Source: Octopus bimaculoides
Lineage: Eukaryota
Reading direction: 5' to 3'
Assembly (NCBI RefSeq): GCF_001194135.2
Contig: NC_068996.1
Coordinates: forward strand, 8,099,381 to 8,163,380
DNA length: 64,000 bases
This document shows, piece after piece, positions 1 through 12,124 of the stretch (its first letter is position 1; each line of letters begins with the position of its first letter). The notes beneath the pieces were generated by a model that did no database searches, was not told the DNA's origin, and saw only the letters and a list, made by a program, of their open reading frames with translations. A program made the position numbers and the translations under genes.

Positions 1-358
1 AGATTTGAGCATTGATTGTTGCATTAGTTTGTAGCAACTGAAAGTTGATGACTCCTTTGCAATCCCACCAAACAGAGAGAAGAACCTTCTTCACATGGAG
101 TTCCCTTTCTGGTTGTCGTTGGGCTTTTTCCCCTTCACCAAGCCAATGTCTACGATACTTAACATTTTGATAAAGGACTCATTTTTCATCACTGGTGTCC
201 AAAAAGGGCGAGATGAGTCCATGAGAATGAAGAGAAGAGCAGACGTCCACTTGGGATTTGTGGTTAGCTTCAGACAAATCACGAGTCACCCATTTTCTGA
301 ATTTTGGGACCTTTCCAAATTGTTAAAGATGATAGTGAACAGTTGTATGGCTTGAATT
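1..358 (-). pseudogene. Mariner (Tc1/mariner DDD) transposase remnant, runs off the left edge
   Basis: One minus frame reads NSSHTTVHYHL*QFGKVPKFRKWVTRDLSEANHKSQVDVCSSLHSHGLISPFLDTSDEK*VLYQNVKYRRHWLGEGEKAQRQPERELHVKKVLLSVWWDCKGVINFQLLQTNATINAQI. This matches the mariner WVPHEL, (T)GDEKW and KKVMLSVWWD motifs. In-frame stops at 323-325 and 179-181 (W of DEKW). Confidence 0.92.
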
Positions 359-2880
359 TGTCTTTATGGTGTTATGGAAATGAGAAATTTCTCTTTCTGG
401 ATCGTATACTGGATGATTCCATCACCTATTCTCAACAGTGACTGTACGGAAAGGTGTGTATGCGTGCCTGATAGATACAAAAAGAAAGCGTTTTACCTTG
501 TATATGAGCTCATTATACATTTGAAGGTAGACCCCTCCCACTCCCCATGCTTTATCCACTTAACTATTTTAGCTATGGTGATTAACTATTATTTCTATTT
601 GTTGGACAACCAATATCAACTCTAATCAGACTATAGGAAATCAATATTTCAGATAAAATCTTTTTCTTCTGTCTGGTTATCCTAGTTAGTGTATTATTGC
701 CACTTGTTGGAAAAATAAAAGATCTTAGTGCCTCATCACATCAAATATCCATAACTGCAAATCCTGTTTCTTGAAGCAGCCAAATACCTTTTTGGTTCCC
801 ATCCATAATCTTAATTTACTTCCGGTTATGTTTTTTTGTCCATTTGCATTGCTCAACCAGTGAACAGTTTAGCAGAATTGCTAGAGCATCTTTCAGTCTA
901 AGTTCAAATCTTGTTGAGGCTGACTTTGCCTTCCATCCTTCTAGAGCTGATGAATACTAACACCCTGTTGGTTACGATGATAAGTGTTCCAGTTGATCTG
1001 ATCAACAGAACAGCCTGCTCATGAAATGAATGTGTAAGTGATGGAGCACTCCATGTACCTTCATGCTGATGAATAACGTACCAGTCTAAGGCAGTGAATT
1101 ATTATTAGAATTATTAAAGTATTGTAATGTATAACCAATAAATCCTAATTCAAAGAAACTAATTTCTAGTTATAGTCCTAAATAAAAAGGCATCTTATAG
1201 TGTTATCCACAATAGTCTTGACTCCATGTACGTTATTCCAAATGGCCGTTCTCTCTCTTCTTTTCCTGTCAAATGTGCATGCTCTTTATAACAAAGGAAG
1301 TCACTCAAATCCTAGCACAATTTGCATAACAGTTACAAATCACTATTATAAATTGAACAACGTATATTTTGCATAACATGTATTGAATGCATTGTTGTAT
1401 TTGTTCTGGCTCTTTGCATTGTGAGTTCAAATCCTGCTGTGGCCTACCTGGATGACAGACAATCTGATGTCTGGTCCAATGAATGACGTTTGTAGCATTT
1501 GGACCAGATTTCTGGTTTGTGGATAATTTTCTTCTACCATTCTTGAAGATCCTGAAAAGAGTCATGTGGGCTGCTCTCTTATCCTAAATAAGTAATCTAC
1601 TATAATAATACTCTTGTGTTTTTCTCCGTCATAGCATATGAGTGAGAAAGGAAGGGGCAATAGATGAATAAAGAAGGAAGAATGGCAAACTGGTAGTGGA
1701 AGCATTTCAGCTCTGTGTGAGTATGTGTGTGTATGTAAAAGGGGGAGGTATGTGAATGTTTGAGTGTGTGTGTGTGTTTGTGTGTGCAATGGGAGTGGGA
1801 TGGTGAACATGCAATGCTGAAAAGAAAAATCAAACAGCGTTTCAACTTTAGTAACAAACGATGATCGATATCACATCTCAAAAGACAACCATTAGATAAC
1901 ATTGACAAGTGTATTCATTTGATTTACCATCCGTATTTATTACTACAATCAGCTGTCATTTTTGACGGCATGGGGCCAACTAGTAAAAATATAATTACAA
2001 ATTATGTTCAATTTGTTCAACTTGACTCGTTTTTGGATTTACTGCATTCATTCCCATATCCGTTTGCGATACAATGTCATACTGTACAGCTTTGCCTCGT
2101 ACATTAAATAACAACGAAATGGGTCACTTCTACTGTCATGGGTTGTAATTTCTCACAAACACTAAATATACACGCAGATATGACTATATTTATTTATTCC
2201 TCATACAAACTTTTTGCCTGCCTTCCTGTTTATTTTCCTTGCTTCCTTCCCTAAAGAGAGAAAGAGTGAGAAGCCCTGTGTTGTTGTTCATCGCCCATAT
2301 CAGCCCTTAATTGAGCAATTCTATAATCACAGTCACTCCAACCATGACCATTTCGTTTTTCTTCTGAGAATAACATATCAAAAACTCCATCATTCAATAT
2401 TCTCTTTTTAAAGACAGTATTATTTTAACAGTTTCAGCTCAAAGCTGTGGTCATGCTGGGGCACTGCTACTGAGTCGTATATGATTTGAGTGAGATTTGG
2501 TTGTTGTTCCTAACAGGTAGAGCAACTGCATGGGCACTTCCACCCTGGTTTGTTGGCCACCCTAGTTGGCTTGCAGTACTCGCTCATTTGCTGTAGGCCA
2601 CCCTCGTTTGCCTCTTTGTCAGTATTAAAGATCTAATTACATAAACCTCCATCACCCCACCACTTTCTACTCTAAAAGCTCTACATATTCTAATACCAAA
2701 AATTTCCACTTTCAGCAGCACTAAACATTGTTAGTTAAGTAATAATAGTTATTCACTACATTAATGAGCCTCCCATGTAGCTCACAGCCTTCATTCTGCT
2801 CATCCCTGTTGATGACTGGTATGAGGTGTTGTAACATATACAATATCTAAACATTTTACCCACCAGAAATCCTGTTGTTG

Positions 2881-3107
2881 GTGAGCTGGCAGAAACGTTA
2901 GCACGCCGGGCGAAATACTTAGCAGTATTTCGTCTGCCGCTACGTTCTGAGTTCAAATTCTGCTGAGGCCGACTTTGCCTTTCATCCTTTTGGGGTCGAT
3001 TAAATAAGTACCAGTTACACACTGGGGTCGATATTATTGACTTAATCCGTTTGTCTGTCCTTGTTTATCCCCTCTGTGTGTAGACCCTTGTGGGCAATAA
3101 AGAAATA
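2881..3107 (+). mobile_element. Full-length SINE family B (tRNA-like head, GTCGACTTTGCCTTTCATCC..GGGGTCGAT core, AAGAAAT tail)
   Basis: A-box-like TGGCAGAAACG and B-box-like GAGTTCAAATTC. Exact 16-bp TSD AGAAATCCTGTTGTTG at 2865-2880 and 3108-3123. Near-identical copies at 10413-10645 and 37755-37985. Confidence 0.9.
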
Positions 3108-4235
3108 AGAAATCCTGTTGTTGTTTAGTCCTTGGTAGGCCTTGACAAAGAAGACTTTTGAACAAAGCTTCTCCAGTTTGCTTTGCTTTCTAATATAGCA
3201 TATCTGATGTTCAACATATTCTTTCACCTCTTTTTGTAAGATGGCATGATTGTGATTTGGCTGTTATTTCTAGCAGGTTGAATGACCACATAGAAGACTC
3301 TGTCATTGAGCTTTCACTTACATTGTCCATGCCTCTTGTCTACTCAGTATTTACATTTTACTCCATATTCAACAATAGTGTTATTTTTGTGCATCTAATT
3401 TTCATTGTTCAACCTGCATTCCAGCAATGACCATCCCACATTTTTTTCCAGACAAAACCAAAACATCATTACCCAGTGTTATAAATAAAATGATGGAGCA
3501 AAATTTGAGGGAGATTTGACTGCTCTTCCTAGTGAGCACTTGACTGATGATGTAGAGGCAATGTTATTTGATATAATAGCGTTCGATGTTTGATTGCCAC
3601 ATCTCTCTCCTACTACTTAATTAGTATCATCGTCAACCTCCAGACCTTTCGATGAAAGACCACTTTTCCAGTTCGTTATCAAATAACCTTTACTGTCATT
3701 GATTGAATTTGCAATAAGAACTAAGTGGTAATTAATATGTCTTTATTTCTTGCTTTGACATGGAGAAGAGGAAAGAAGCTGCAACCTAGAAATGGTATTT
3801 TTCTTTCTTTTTTTTTTTATGGTTTTTGTAACTTGCTGGGTCTGGAGGCAGGGGTAGAGCTTCTAACCTTTGCAGGCCTTCTGAAACCGGTGAGATTGAT
3901 GCTATTAGTATTCCTATTGAACCTCTTGTGGTCAATACTGTGGTAAAGACATAAGCAGGGGAGAAATTCCAGTGGAATGGGGACCAATGTTCTGGGAAGG
4001 ATGGACTTTGTATGTAGAAATTTGTGTGGGGGCCTGGGAGAATTTGGATTTGGACATGAGTGCCTCAGCGGAAGTGTGGTGTGAGCCTAGCCAGCAGTGT
4101 TGCCTTATGGCATAGGTGCACTTGGCAGTTGCCCAGAGACCTTGCAGAACTAGAAGCTCAGTTCTTATCTTTGGATGCTGTGGATTGCTGTCAATAAATA
4201 CTATTAGGCCCAGTGCACTGATTTACTCAAGGGCC

Positions 4236-4404
4236 TATGAAGGGGTGCTGAGAAGTTCCTAGCTTTAGGGGGGTAGCAAAAAGCCACACCTTCCAAGTTC
4301 TTTTACATAGCTTAGAAAAACTGAAGTACTCCTGAGAGGGGAATATGTTGAATAAAATCATAATTAACTGATCCTCCTGTATTTTCTTTGACCCAAAGCT
4401 AGGA
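4236..4404. mobile_element. Mariner-type MITE with truncated right TIR
   Basis: Starts TATGAAGGGGTGCTGAGAAGTTCCTAGCTTT, a mariner-like TA+YGAGGGG terminus. AAAGCTAGGA at 4395-4404 is the exact reverse complement of TCCTAGCTTT in the left end. Confidence 0.55.
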
Positions 4405-4669
4405 TGCTGCTAAGGCAGTCCTGCCAGCCAGCCTCATTGTGTAGAAGCCATTATTGTAGTGGTAGAATGGGCAAAAAGAAACAGGATGTCTATGTGTACA
4501 ACAGTAGAAATAGCAGCAGCAGTACTGTCCCAGATATGAAAGCAGTATTCTACCATGAGACTTACCTGAGCTTGCAAATAACAACTACCACTACCACACT
4601 ACTATTACTGTTGCTGCTGCTGATGCTACTACTGCCTCTGCTGTTAAGACTTCTACAAAATAATAATGG

Positions 4670-5640
4670 TTTCTAATTTAGGCAGAAAACTAGCAATTTT
4701 TGAGAGGAGGAGTTTAATTGGTTACATTAACTTTGGTATTTAATTGGTACTTTATTTTAACAAGCCTGAAGGAGTGAAAGGTAAAGTTGACCCCAGTGGG
4801 ATTTGAACTCAGAATGTAAAGAGCTGCAACAAATACTGCAGGACATTTTTTTTTTCTGATACTGTCATGTCAATCTTCCACTTATGCAAATAACAAACTG
4901 ACCAATGACAGTGATAATAATAATTATCCTTTCTACTATAGGTACAAAGCCTAGAATTCGGGGGGATGGGGGCTAGTTGATTACACTGACCCTTGCTCAA
5001 CTGACACTTATTTTATTGACCCTGAAAGGATGAAAGGCAAAGCCAACCATGGTAGAATTTGAACTCGGAATGTAAAACCTGGAAGAAACACCTTTGAGCG
5101 TTTAGTTTGCCCAGTGAGCTAATGATTCTGCCAGCTTGCCCTTCTATCTGAGATGCAAGGCCAGAAATTTGTGGGTTGATGGATAACCGATGAAATGAAC
5201 CCTAGTTCTTGACTGGAACTTCTATTATTGACCACTTGAAAGATAAAAGACAAAGGTGATCTTGGCTGCATATGAACATGGAACATAAAAGACAGAATTA
5301 AATATTGCAAAGCAGCCATTCTACTCATTTCAACAGCACCCAAACAAACACAACAATGATAATTGTTTTAATTATAATAAAAAATACAAGCTAAAAACAA
5401 TGATTTCTAAGTTAGGTACAAGACCAATAGTTATGAAGTGAGGTTTTGGGACTAGTTGTTAACTATCAAATCAACCCCAGTACTTGAATGTTACTTTATT
5501 TTTATTACCCCACTGCAGAGGAAAGGCAAACTGGCCCTAGTTGTTGAACTTGGGGCATAAGGAGTTAGAAGAAATACTTCTATAGGCATTTTGTTCAACC
5601 GTGTTAATAATTCTACTAAACTAATGAGAGCAGCAGTAAT
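4670..5640 (-). mobile_element. Head-to-tail cluster of about four decayed SINE-B-type copies
   Basis: Repeated GAAAGG(T/C)AAAG..GA(A)TTTGAACTC(A/G)GAA motifs, each preceded by (AAT)n-TTTCTA..AGG.ACAA tails, all in the same orientation. Confidence 0.7.
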
Positions 5641-6228
5641 GAAATAATGAGATAAACAAAAATAACAGAAAAAGAAAAAAAAGATCCTACATAACAAAAG
5701 AAAATGTAGATAAGCATAAATATTGTTGTTGTTCAGATGGTATAAATAGCAAAATATTGCTGATAAACATTTGGTAACATTAATGAGTGTCTGGCTAATT
5801 ATAACATTCCAGTCAATTAGCTGCAGTTGTGTCTATTGTATCATCCTGTTGTAAACAATGTGTTGACAAAGCAAAGTTCCACAGTCACGTGTAGACATAC
5901 TTAAAGAAAAAAAAAAAAACAGAAACGAAAACTATATAACTGCTGAAAATTGGTTCTTTGGATAGCATTTTAGTTGTTCTACATTCCTTACAATAACATC
6001 TAGGGATTAAACTGGTAGAATTGGTTACAGAGTTGAAATAAAAGCCTTACAGTATTTTTTCTGGTTCTTTATGTTGTGAGTTCATATCCAGCTGTGGTCA
6101 GTTTTGCCTTTCATCCTTCTGGAAATGATAAAATAAAACACAGATACGAGGGTCAATGATATTGACCAACACCCCCACCCCCTCAACATCCACCCACTAT
6201 TTCTGGGAGGGTTGTTGGGATAGAGTCC

Positions 6229-6345
6229 TCAGGTACATCTTCCATTGGAAGCAACTGTAATTAGACTTTCTGGTTGAATTCCCAAGAATGACCAACTGAA
6301 ACTATGGATATCATCCACCCATCTTTGTCTACCCCTTGTGCCTAA
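6229..6345 (-). mobile_element. RTE-clade LINE 3' ORF fragment
   Basis: GTRGRQRWVDDIHSFSWSFLGIQPESLITVASNGR resembles the GRPR.RW.D.I C-terminus of RTE-clade ORFs. A related copy lies at 52500-52790. Confidence 0.65.
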
Positions 6346-6789
6346 ATTAGAAGCAATTAGTCCTCTTACATCAGTAAAGATTATTTTTTGGGAATTCACA
6401 TGTACCATGTTTCTGACAATAACATCTGTCAATTCCCCTCCAGTGTCTTCATTAAACTATAGTAAGGTGTAACGTTATTAGTTCTTATTAGTACTGTCAT
6501 ATCACTGAAAATGGTCTCTGGATTCACTTGTAGCATGATGCTGATAACAACATCTGTTCATTGCCTCTCTAGACCTTCCTTTCATCTTAGTTAGGCCATA
6601 TTTGATAAAATAAAAGTTATTCTGTTGCCGCAGCTGTGTGCATGTAAGGTGGCAGTTAAGTAAGGAGAGAAGAGGAAAGGCCAGTGAATGATGAAAGCAT
6701 AGTTGATTGTAGTAGAGGTGGCATATAATGAACACCACCACTTGATGATTGAAAAGTGTTTATGAACGGTGATACTTAGAGAAGTTTCT

Positions 6790-6950
6790 AACAAATGTGG
6801 ATACGTAATGAAGATTCTAACAAGGTCGACTTTGCCTTTCATCCTTTCAGGGTTGATAAATTAAATACCAGTTGCATACTGGGTCGATCTAATCGACTAG
6901 CTCCACTCCCCAATAATTTCAGGCCTTGTGCCTAGAGTAGGAAAGAATAT
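6790..6950 (+). mobile_element. SINE-B-type 3' fragment (older subfamily)
   Basis: AAGGTCGACTTTGCCTTTCATCCTTTCAGGGTTGATAAATTAAATACCAGTT...TTTCAGGCCTTGTGCCTAGAGTAGGAAAG. A more decayed copy lies at about 6010-6190. Confidence 0.75.
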
Positions 6951-7319
6951 TAAGCCATTTTGAAATAATAAAAAGAATGAGACAATGAAAGGAACTTGCT
7001 TATTATTTTGAGGTACAATTATTAATCAATTCAGTTGAAGTCTGTTCACTTTGGTGACATTGTATATAAATAAATATATCTATATCAGGGATATCAGTTG
7101 ATGTTACTTTTACTTTTTGTTCTCAGCACTTTTTTGCATATCAAAAAAGGTTAAATTCTCAGAAAGGAATTGAGAAACACATAAGCAATTAAGTAACTTC
7201 TGTCGACTTATGTTCATTCATGACATGTATGCTATGACAGTGTATTAGTACCTTAAAATAATAGGCAAGTTATTTTCAAAAAAATAAATACGAGGTGTTA
7301 CAAATATAGTATAATGATG

Positions 7320-7475
7320 GAACAGCTAGTAACTTAAGAAACATCATAGTCATGGTTCCGTGCTAAGTTTCAAGAAAGAATATTTCCCCACGATACCGAA
7401 ATTTAAGCAGAAATAGATATGTCAAAACAAAAGGATGAATTTTTGCAAAAGTTGATAGTTGCTGTCAAAATAAAA
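7320..7475 (-). repeat. Dispersed repeat; inverted partner at 9588-9760
   Basis: The reverse complement TTTGACAGCAACTATCAACTT...TTTGACATAT...CGTGGGAAATATTCTTTCTTGAAACTTAGCACGGAACCATGACT aligns with the + strand at 9588-9760. Confidence 0.7.
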
Positions 7476-7502
7476 TACATGTATTTACATCTGTGTGTCT
7501 GC

Positions 7503-7503
7503 A

Positions 7504-7587
<84 letters not shown>

Positions 7588-7625
7588 TATATATGCATAT
7601 ATATGCATATATGTATACACATGCA
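7503..7625. repeat. Compound (TG)n(TA)n microsatellite
   Basis: Directly visible; source of several spurious YIYI/CVCV ORFs. Confidence 0.95.
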
Positions 7626-7975
7626 CGCACACACATTTACATATTGATGTATATGTATGACGATTGTATGTTTGCATAAAGAGGAGTGTGACATTATTTT
7701 TGTTATGCTAATATTGTTGTAGCGTTGCATGTGTTTTACTTGTTATTTAAGTTAGTTCAATGTTGAGAGCTTGGCTGATCAGTTGACTCAAAGCTACCGA
7801 ATGTAAACGGCTCATGGATAAGCTTAATAGAAAGCGTCAAAGAGAAATGGAATAAAGCTATTCAATGCTGAATGTAAAGTGAGTTAATAATACTGGAAGC
7901 TGAAACTTCATAAATCATCACTCCCAGCTTTCTATGATTCATCTTTAGATGATCTTGAAGAGTAGAACATGGAAC

Positions 7976-8013
<38 letters not shown>

Positions 8014-8281
8014 CATGCAGAAAAATTTCTAGAATACCAGCTATCTGGCTGGATAGCTGGAGACATAAATGCAATGAAGTTAAGCATGTAGGTGGAACCG
8101 GTGAAAATTTATGGTTGGAATAGGAGTGGGTAAAATTGGTTTGGAAAGAAGTAGGGAGATATGGTTTCAGGTAAGAAGGATTGTATTGAAATGTTTAATT
8201 CAACAGAAATGATGAAGTGTGACCCTGACTGATGATGCATCAAGTAAGATTATTTTTTTCTTCTTCTTTACTGTGTGTGTC

Positions 8282-8312
<31 letters not shown>

Positions 8313-8384
8313 GACATGAAAATATATACATAAAAACGCATCCGTAAAACAAACATACAAATCTGCGCATATACTAACAGCAAA

Positions 8385-8420
<36 letters not shown>

Positions 8421-8422
8421 GC

Positions 8423-8696
8423 ACAAATACCTAGATGATGTTGATAAAAGTTCCAATGAAGGAGCCTTGAATCTATGTTGGAGTTCGGCTCTTTCTCTAT
8501 GGACAAGAAATACAGAAATGAAACTGATTGATAACATACATACATACATACATACATACATACAAATAAACAAACAAAAATACCCTGTTGTTGATGTTGA
8601 AATTCCAATGAAGGAATCTTGGATCTAGGTTAGAAACCCGTTCTTTCTCTATTGGCAAGAAATCTTGAAATAAACTGAATAATGACATACATACAT
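8423..8696 (+). repeat. Tandem dimer of a ~152-bp unit ending in (TACA)n
   Basis: TTCCAATGAAGGA at 8451 and 8603, each followed by ..CTTG.ATCTA.GTT..TCTTTCTCTAT.GG.CAAGAAAT..GAAAT.AAACTGA...ACATACATAC. Confidence 0.85.
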
Positions 8697-8794
8697 GTCT
8701 CTGTGTATCTTATAATGTATGTGCTGTTCTTCACACATTGAAAAAGTTAAATTCTAAGTGTTCTCATAATTAGGTTTATGAGTGAAAATATTCC

Positions 8795-8830
8795 ATTAGT
8801 GTGTAATGTTAGCGTACTTGAATGACAGAC
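8795..8830 (-). pseudogene. Putative dead exon copy, paralogue of 11243-11281
   Basis: Acceptor cccacttcttctgctcag|GT CTG TCA TTC AAG TAC GCT AAC ATT ACA CAC TAA T|ggaata. Contains an in-frame stop and GG where the paralogue has a GT donor. Confidence 0.3.
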
Positions 8831-9359
8831 CTGAGCAGAAGAAGTGGGTGTAAGAAGAATCAGTTTTAGAGTCCCAAAGAAAGGAGGACTTGTAGAGTCA
8901 GTCACGTATGATGCATATGGAAGATGACTGTTAAGTGCATTTACTTGTGTGTATGCAGGATTCTCTGTCAGTTTTGCTGATAAATATTTAACCAGAGAAA
9001 GGAGTGAACACTTCCTACTGGTTGAATTAACCCTTAAGTGAGCTGACCATTCTTCAGAGGTATACACCTTTAATGTTGTTCTCAGGCCAAATCAGAGTTG
9101 TCCAATGTGACAAAGCTGGACCTTTTGAGTAATAGATCTGATTGATTTGACAGGCTTCCATGTAGTTTCCATCCACCTAATTTCACCCATGAAGCTTGGG
9201 TTGAGTAAGGTTATGTTTAAATGGAGGCAATGAAAAAAAAGGGCTATAGTTTAAGATGCCACATATTGGGATCAAACTGAAGACCTAATGATTGTGAAGG
9301 TAACTTCTTTACTACTTTGTCATGTGCGGATTGCTTTCTTCCTTTTTTTGCACCCACAC

Positions 9360-9436
<77 letters not shown>

Positions 9437-9904
9437 TATATTTACAACTATATGTAAGCAACTTACACACATATGTGTATCTACATCTATAATCTATATA
9501 AATATAAAATAACGAGGATATATATTTATATATATGCACACACATACACACACACAGGTATGTATACTAGAAAACATTGATTTCATTTTGACAGTCGCTA
9601 TCAACTTCTGTAGGAAATGCAAATTGATGAAAGCCCACCTACCCCTGCTTTGACATATTTCTGATTAAATTAGAATACCGTGGGAAAATATTCTTCTTGA
9701 AACGTAGCACAGAACCATAACTGTAGTATGTCTCTTTATTTAAGTTTCCAGCTGTTTCTTAGTTATTTGAAATTTGCCACAGAATATATATTCATCCTTT
9801 GTGTAAAGAGCTTGCCTATTATTTTAAGGTACTGTTCCTGATTTATAATCAATTCGTTTGAAGTCAGTTCAATATATTGACAATGCATACATATTAGGGA
9901 TATC

Positions 9905-10105
9905 TTTTACTTGTTTCAGTCATTAGACTGTGACCATGCTGGGGCACTACCTTAACAAATTTTTAGTTGAATGAATTGACCCTGATAGTTGTTCTATCAG
10001 CCACTTTTGATGAACTGCTAGCTTATAGGGATGTAAACATACCAACACTAGTTGTCAAGTAGTGATAAACACAGACACAAAGACATGCATATATATATCT
10101 ATCTA

Positions 10106-10138
<33 letters not shown>

Positions 10139-10344
10139 NNNNNNNNNNNNNNNNNNNNNNNNNNNNNNNNNNNNNNNNNNNNNNNNNNNNNNNNNNNNNN
10201 NNNNNNNNNNNNNNNNNNNNNNNNNNNNNNNNNNNNNNNNNNNNNNNNNNNNNNNNNNNNNNNNNNNNNNNNNNNNNNCATGTTGCCTGTGGTGCAGTCG
10301 TTGTTGCTGCTGCTGTTGTTGTAACTCTATAAACTGGCCTACTT

Positions 10345-10380
<36 letters not shown>

Positions 10381-10808
10381 CGCACATACATGATGGACTT
10401 CTTTCAGTTTCTTATTTCTTTATATTGCCCACAAGGGGCTAAACATAGAGGGGACAAACAAGGACAGACAAAGGAATTAAGTCGATTACATTGACCCCAG
10501 TGCGTAACTGGTACTTAATTTATCGACCCCGAAAGGACGAAAGGCAAAGTCGACCTCGGTGGAATTTGAACTCAGAACGTAAAGACAGATGAAATACTGC
10601 TAAGCATTTCGCTTGGTGTGCTAACGTTTCTGCCAGCTCGCCGCCTTTGGGCTTCTTTCAGTTTCTGTCATCCAAATCCACTCACAAGGCTTTGGTTGGC
10701 CCAACTTTAGTAGAAGACACTTGTCCAAGGTGCCATGCAGTAGGACTGAACCTGAAACCATGTGGTTGGGAAGCAAGTGTCTTATCACACAACGATGGCT
10801 GTGCCTAT
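9905..10808 (-). mobile_element. SINE family A (tRNA-like head, internal microsatellite), spans an N-gap and hosts a nested SINE B
   Basis: 3' half at 9905-10085 (TTTTACTTGTTTCAGTCATT..); head at 10650-10808 (..CCAAATCCACTCACAAGGC..GGACTGAACC..). Confidence 0.75.
10413..10645 (-). mobile_element. Full-length SINE B nested in SINE A
   Basis: Complete B body flanked by exact direct repeat CTTCTTTCAGTTTCT at 10398-10412 and 10652-10666. Confidence 0.9.
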
Positions 10809-11059
10809 CTGTTGATGTAATTTTTAGTTTTTCCTTTGCTATTCTTTAAACATTTTCATGCATCAAAAAGGTTAAATTCTAAGTATTCTCACTAGATTTT
10901 AAAAGGTATTTTGAATTGAATTCATACATGATGGATTTTGCCATCGAAGATATTGCATGAGCATTCAGCTTTTATCAAATGACCTGCCCAAATAATTTGT
11001 TTATAGTGATCAAATGTTTGTGCAATGCATTAGCTCATTCTCTCCATCAAATCTGAACA

Positions 11060-11222
11060 GGTGTACCGTGTACTGTGCGTCCAGTGCAGAAGTGATCACA
11101 GAACAATGTGAGATGAAGTGTTTTGCTCAAGAAGATAATGCACCACTTGATCTAGGAATTGAAATCACAATCTAGTGATCATGAGTGCGACACCCAAACT
11201 ACTAGGCCATGTACCTTCACCA
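11060..11222 (-). mobile_element. SINE family D 5' fragment
   Basis: GAAGTGTTTTGCTCAAGAAGATAATGCAC...GGAATTGAAATCACAAT...CATGAGT; matches the reverse complement of the D head at 53251. Confidence 0.6.
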
Positions 11223-11242
11223 TGTGTGTGTGTGTGTATTAC

Positions 11243-11281
11243 ATTTTAGGTATGTGATGTTCATGTACGTGAATGATAGAC
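11243..11281 (-). other. Candidate 39-nt symmetric (phase 1-1) exon encoding (G)LSFTYMNITYLK
   Basis: Acceptor cccacttttctgctcag|GTCT, donor AAAT|gtaata. Paralogue at 8795-8830 differs by synonymous CTA/CTG and ATC/ATT and a 3-nt indel. Protein not recognised. Confidence 0.35.
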
Positions 11282-11539
11282 CTGAGCAGAAAAGTGGGTA
11301 TAAAAGGAATTAGTTGTAGAGTCCCACATGTGAGCAAAGAGGAGTGGTGGAGGGAGGAAGTGGAACAAAGGTGAGCGATGAGAGACAGGGAGGAAGAGAA
11401 AGAGAGAGATATGTATAGCAGTGAAGGGGAGAAGCAAGGCTAACAGAAGGAAGCAGAACGGGAGGGAGAGATAGGTAAGAAAGATATACAAACAGACAGA
11501 CAGACAAACAGATAGATGGATAGATAGACAGAAAGATAG

Positions 11540-12030
11540 AGTCGCGTCACCACTCCTCTTTGCTTACATGTGACTTGCGGTCACTTCTTCCTTTCTCACC
11601 CCAGCCGGCATAAAGGCAAGACGAAACTACTATTTTTCCGTCCAGCTTCGTCATATCACAGGCGTTCATTATCTCATCGCGTTTGGCCCTACGGCCTTTT
11701 AATGTTGTTTTCACTGTCTAATTTTTCCTGTCTTAGTTTGTGTTTGCTACCTTGGAATCCTCTGTTTAGTGGGTTAATCCACTACTCAGGAAGAACTATT
11801 CTAAGAGTGCGTCCTGCCTTATCTTCGAAACGCCTGGTTTAGAATAGAGGCAGCTGATGAAGGAATAATTCCATAAGTGACTTGTCTGTTTTCCTATGTT
11901 TTCGTTCTGTTGTCTGTAAACAATGTCCGTTTTTGTTTTTTATGTCCCTGTTCACTTTTCTGACGTCCTGTACCCAGATATGCATCTATATGTACATGTA
12001 GATGTAGGTATGTACATATATGTATGTATA
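11540..12030 (+). mobile_element. CpG-retaining repeat, probably a Penelope-like terminal remnant
   Basis: Contains CTCAGGAAGAA..TTCGAAACGCCTGGT (11785-11838) and CTGATGAAGG (11854), PLE-end-like motifs, followed by a (TATG)-rich tail. Confidence 0.4.
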
Positions 12031-12085
12031 CATGCATATGCTCATATATCATTTGTATTATTATATTATCGAACGCGACATGTCC

Positions 12086-12124
<39 letters not shown>

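Noticed and set aside
95-355. 86-aa + strand ORF and 63-aa minus ORF at the window start
   Set aside because: Shadows of the mariner transposase remnant, which lies in a different minus frame.
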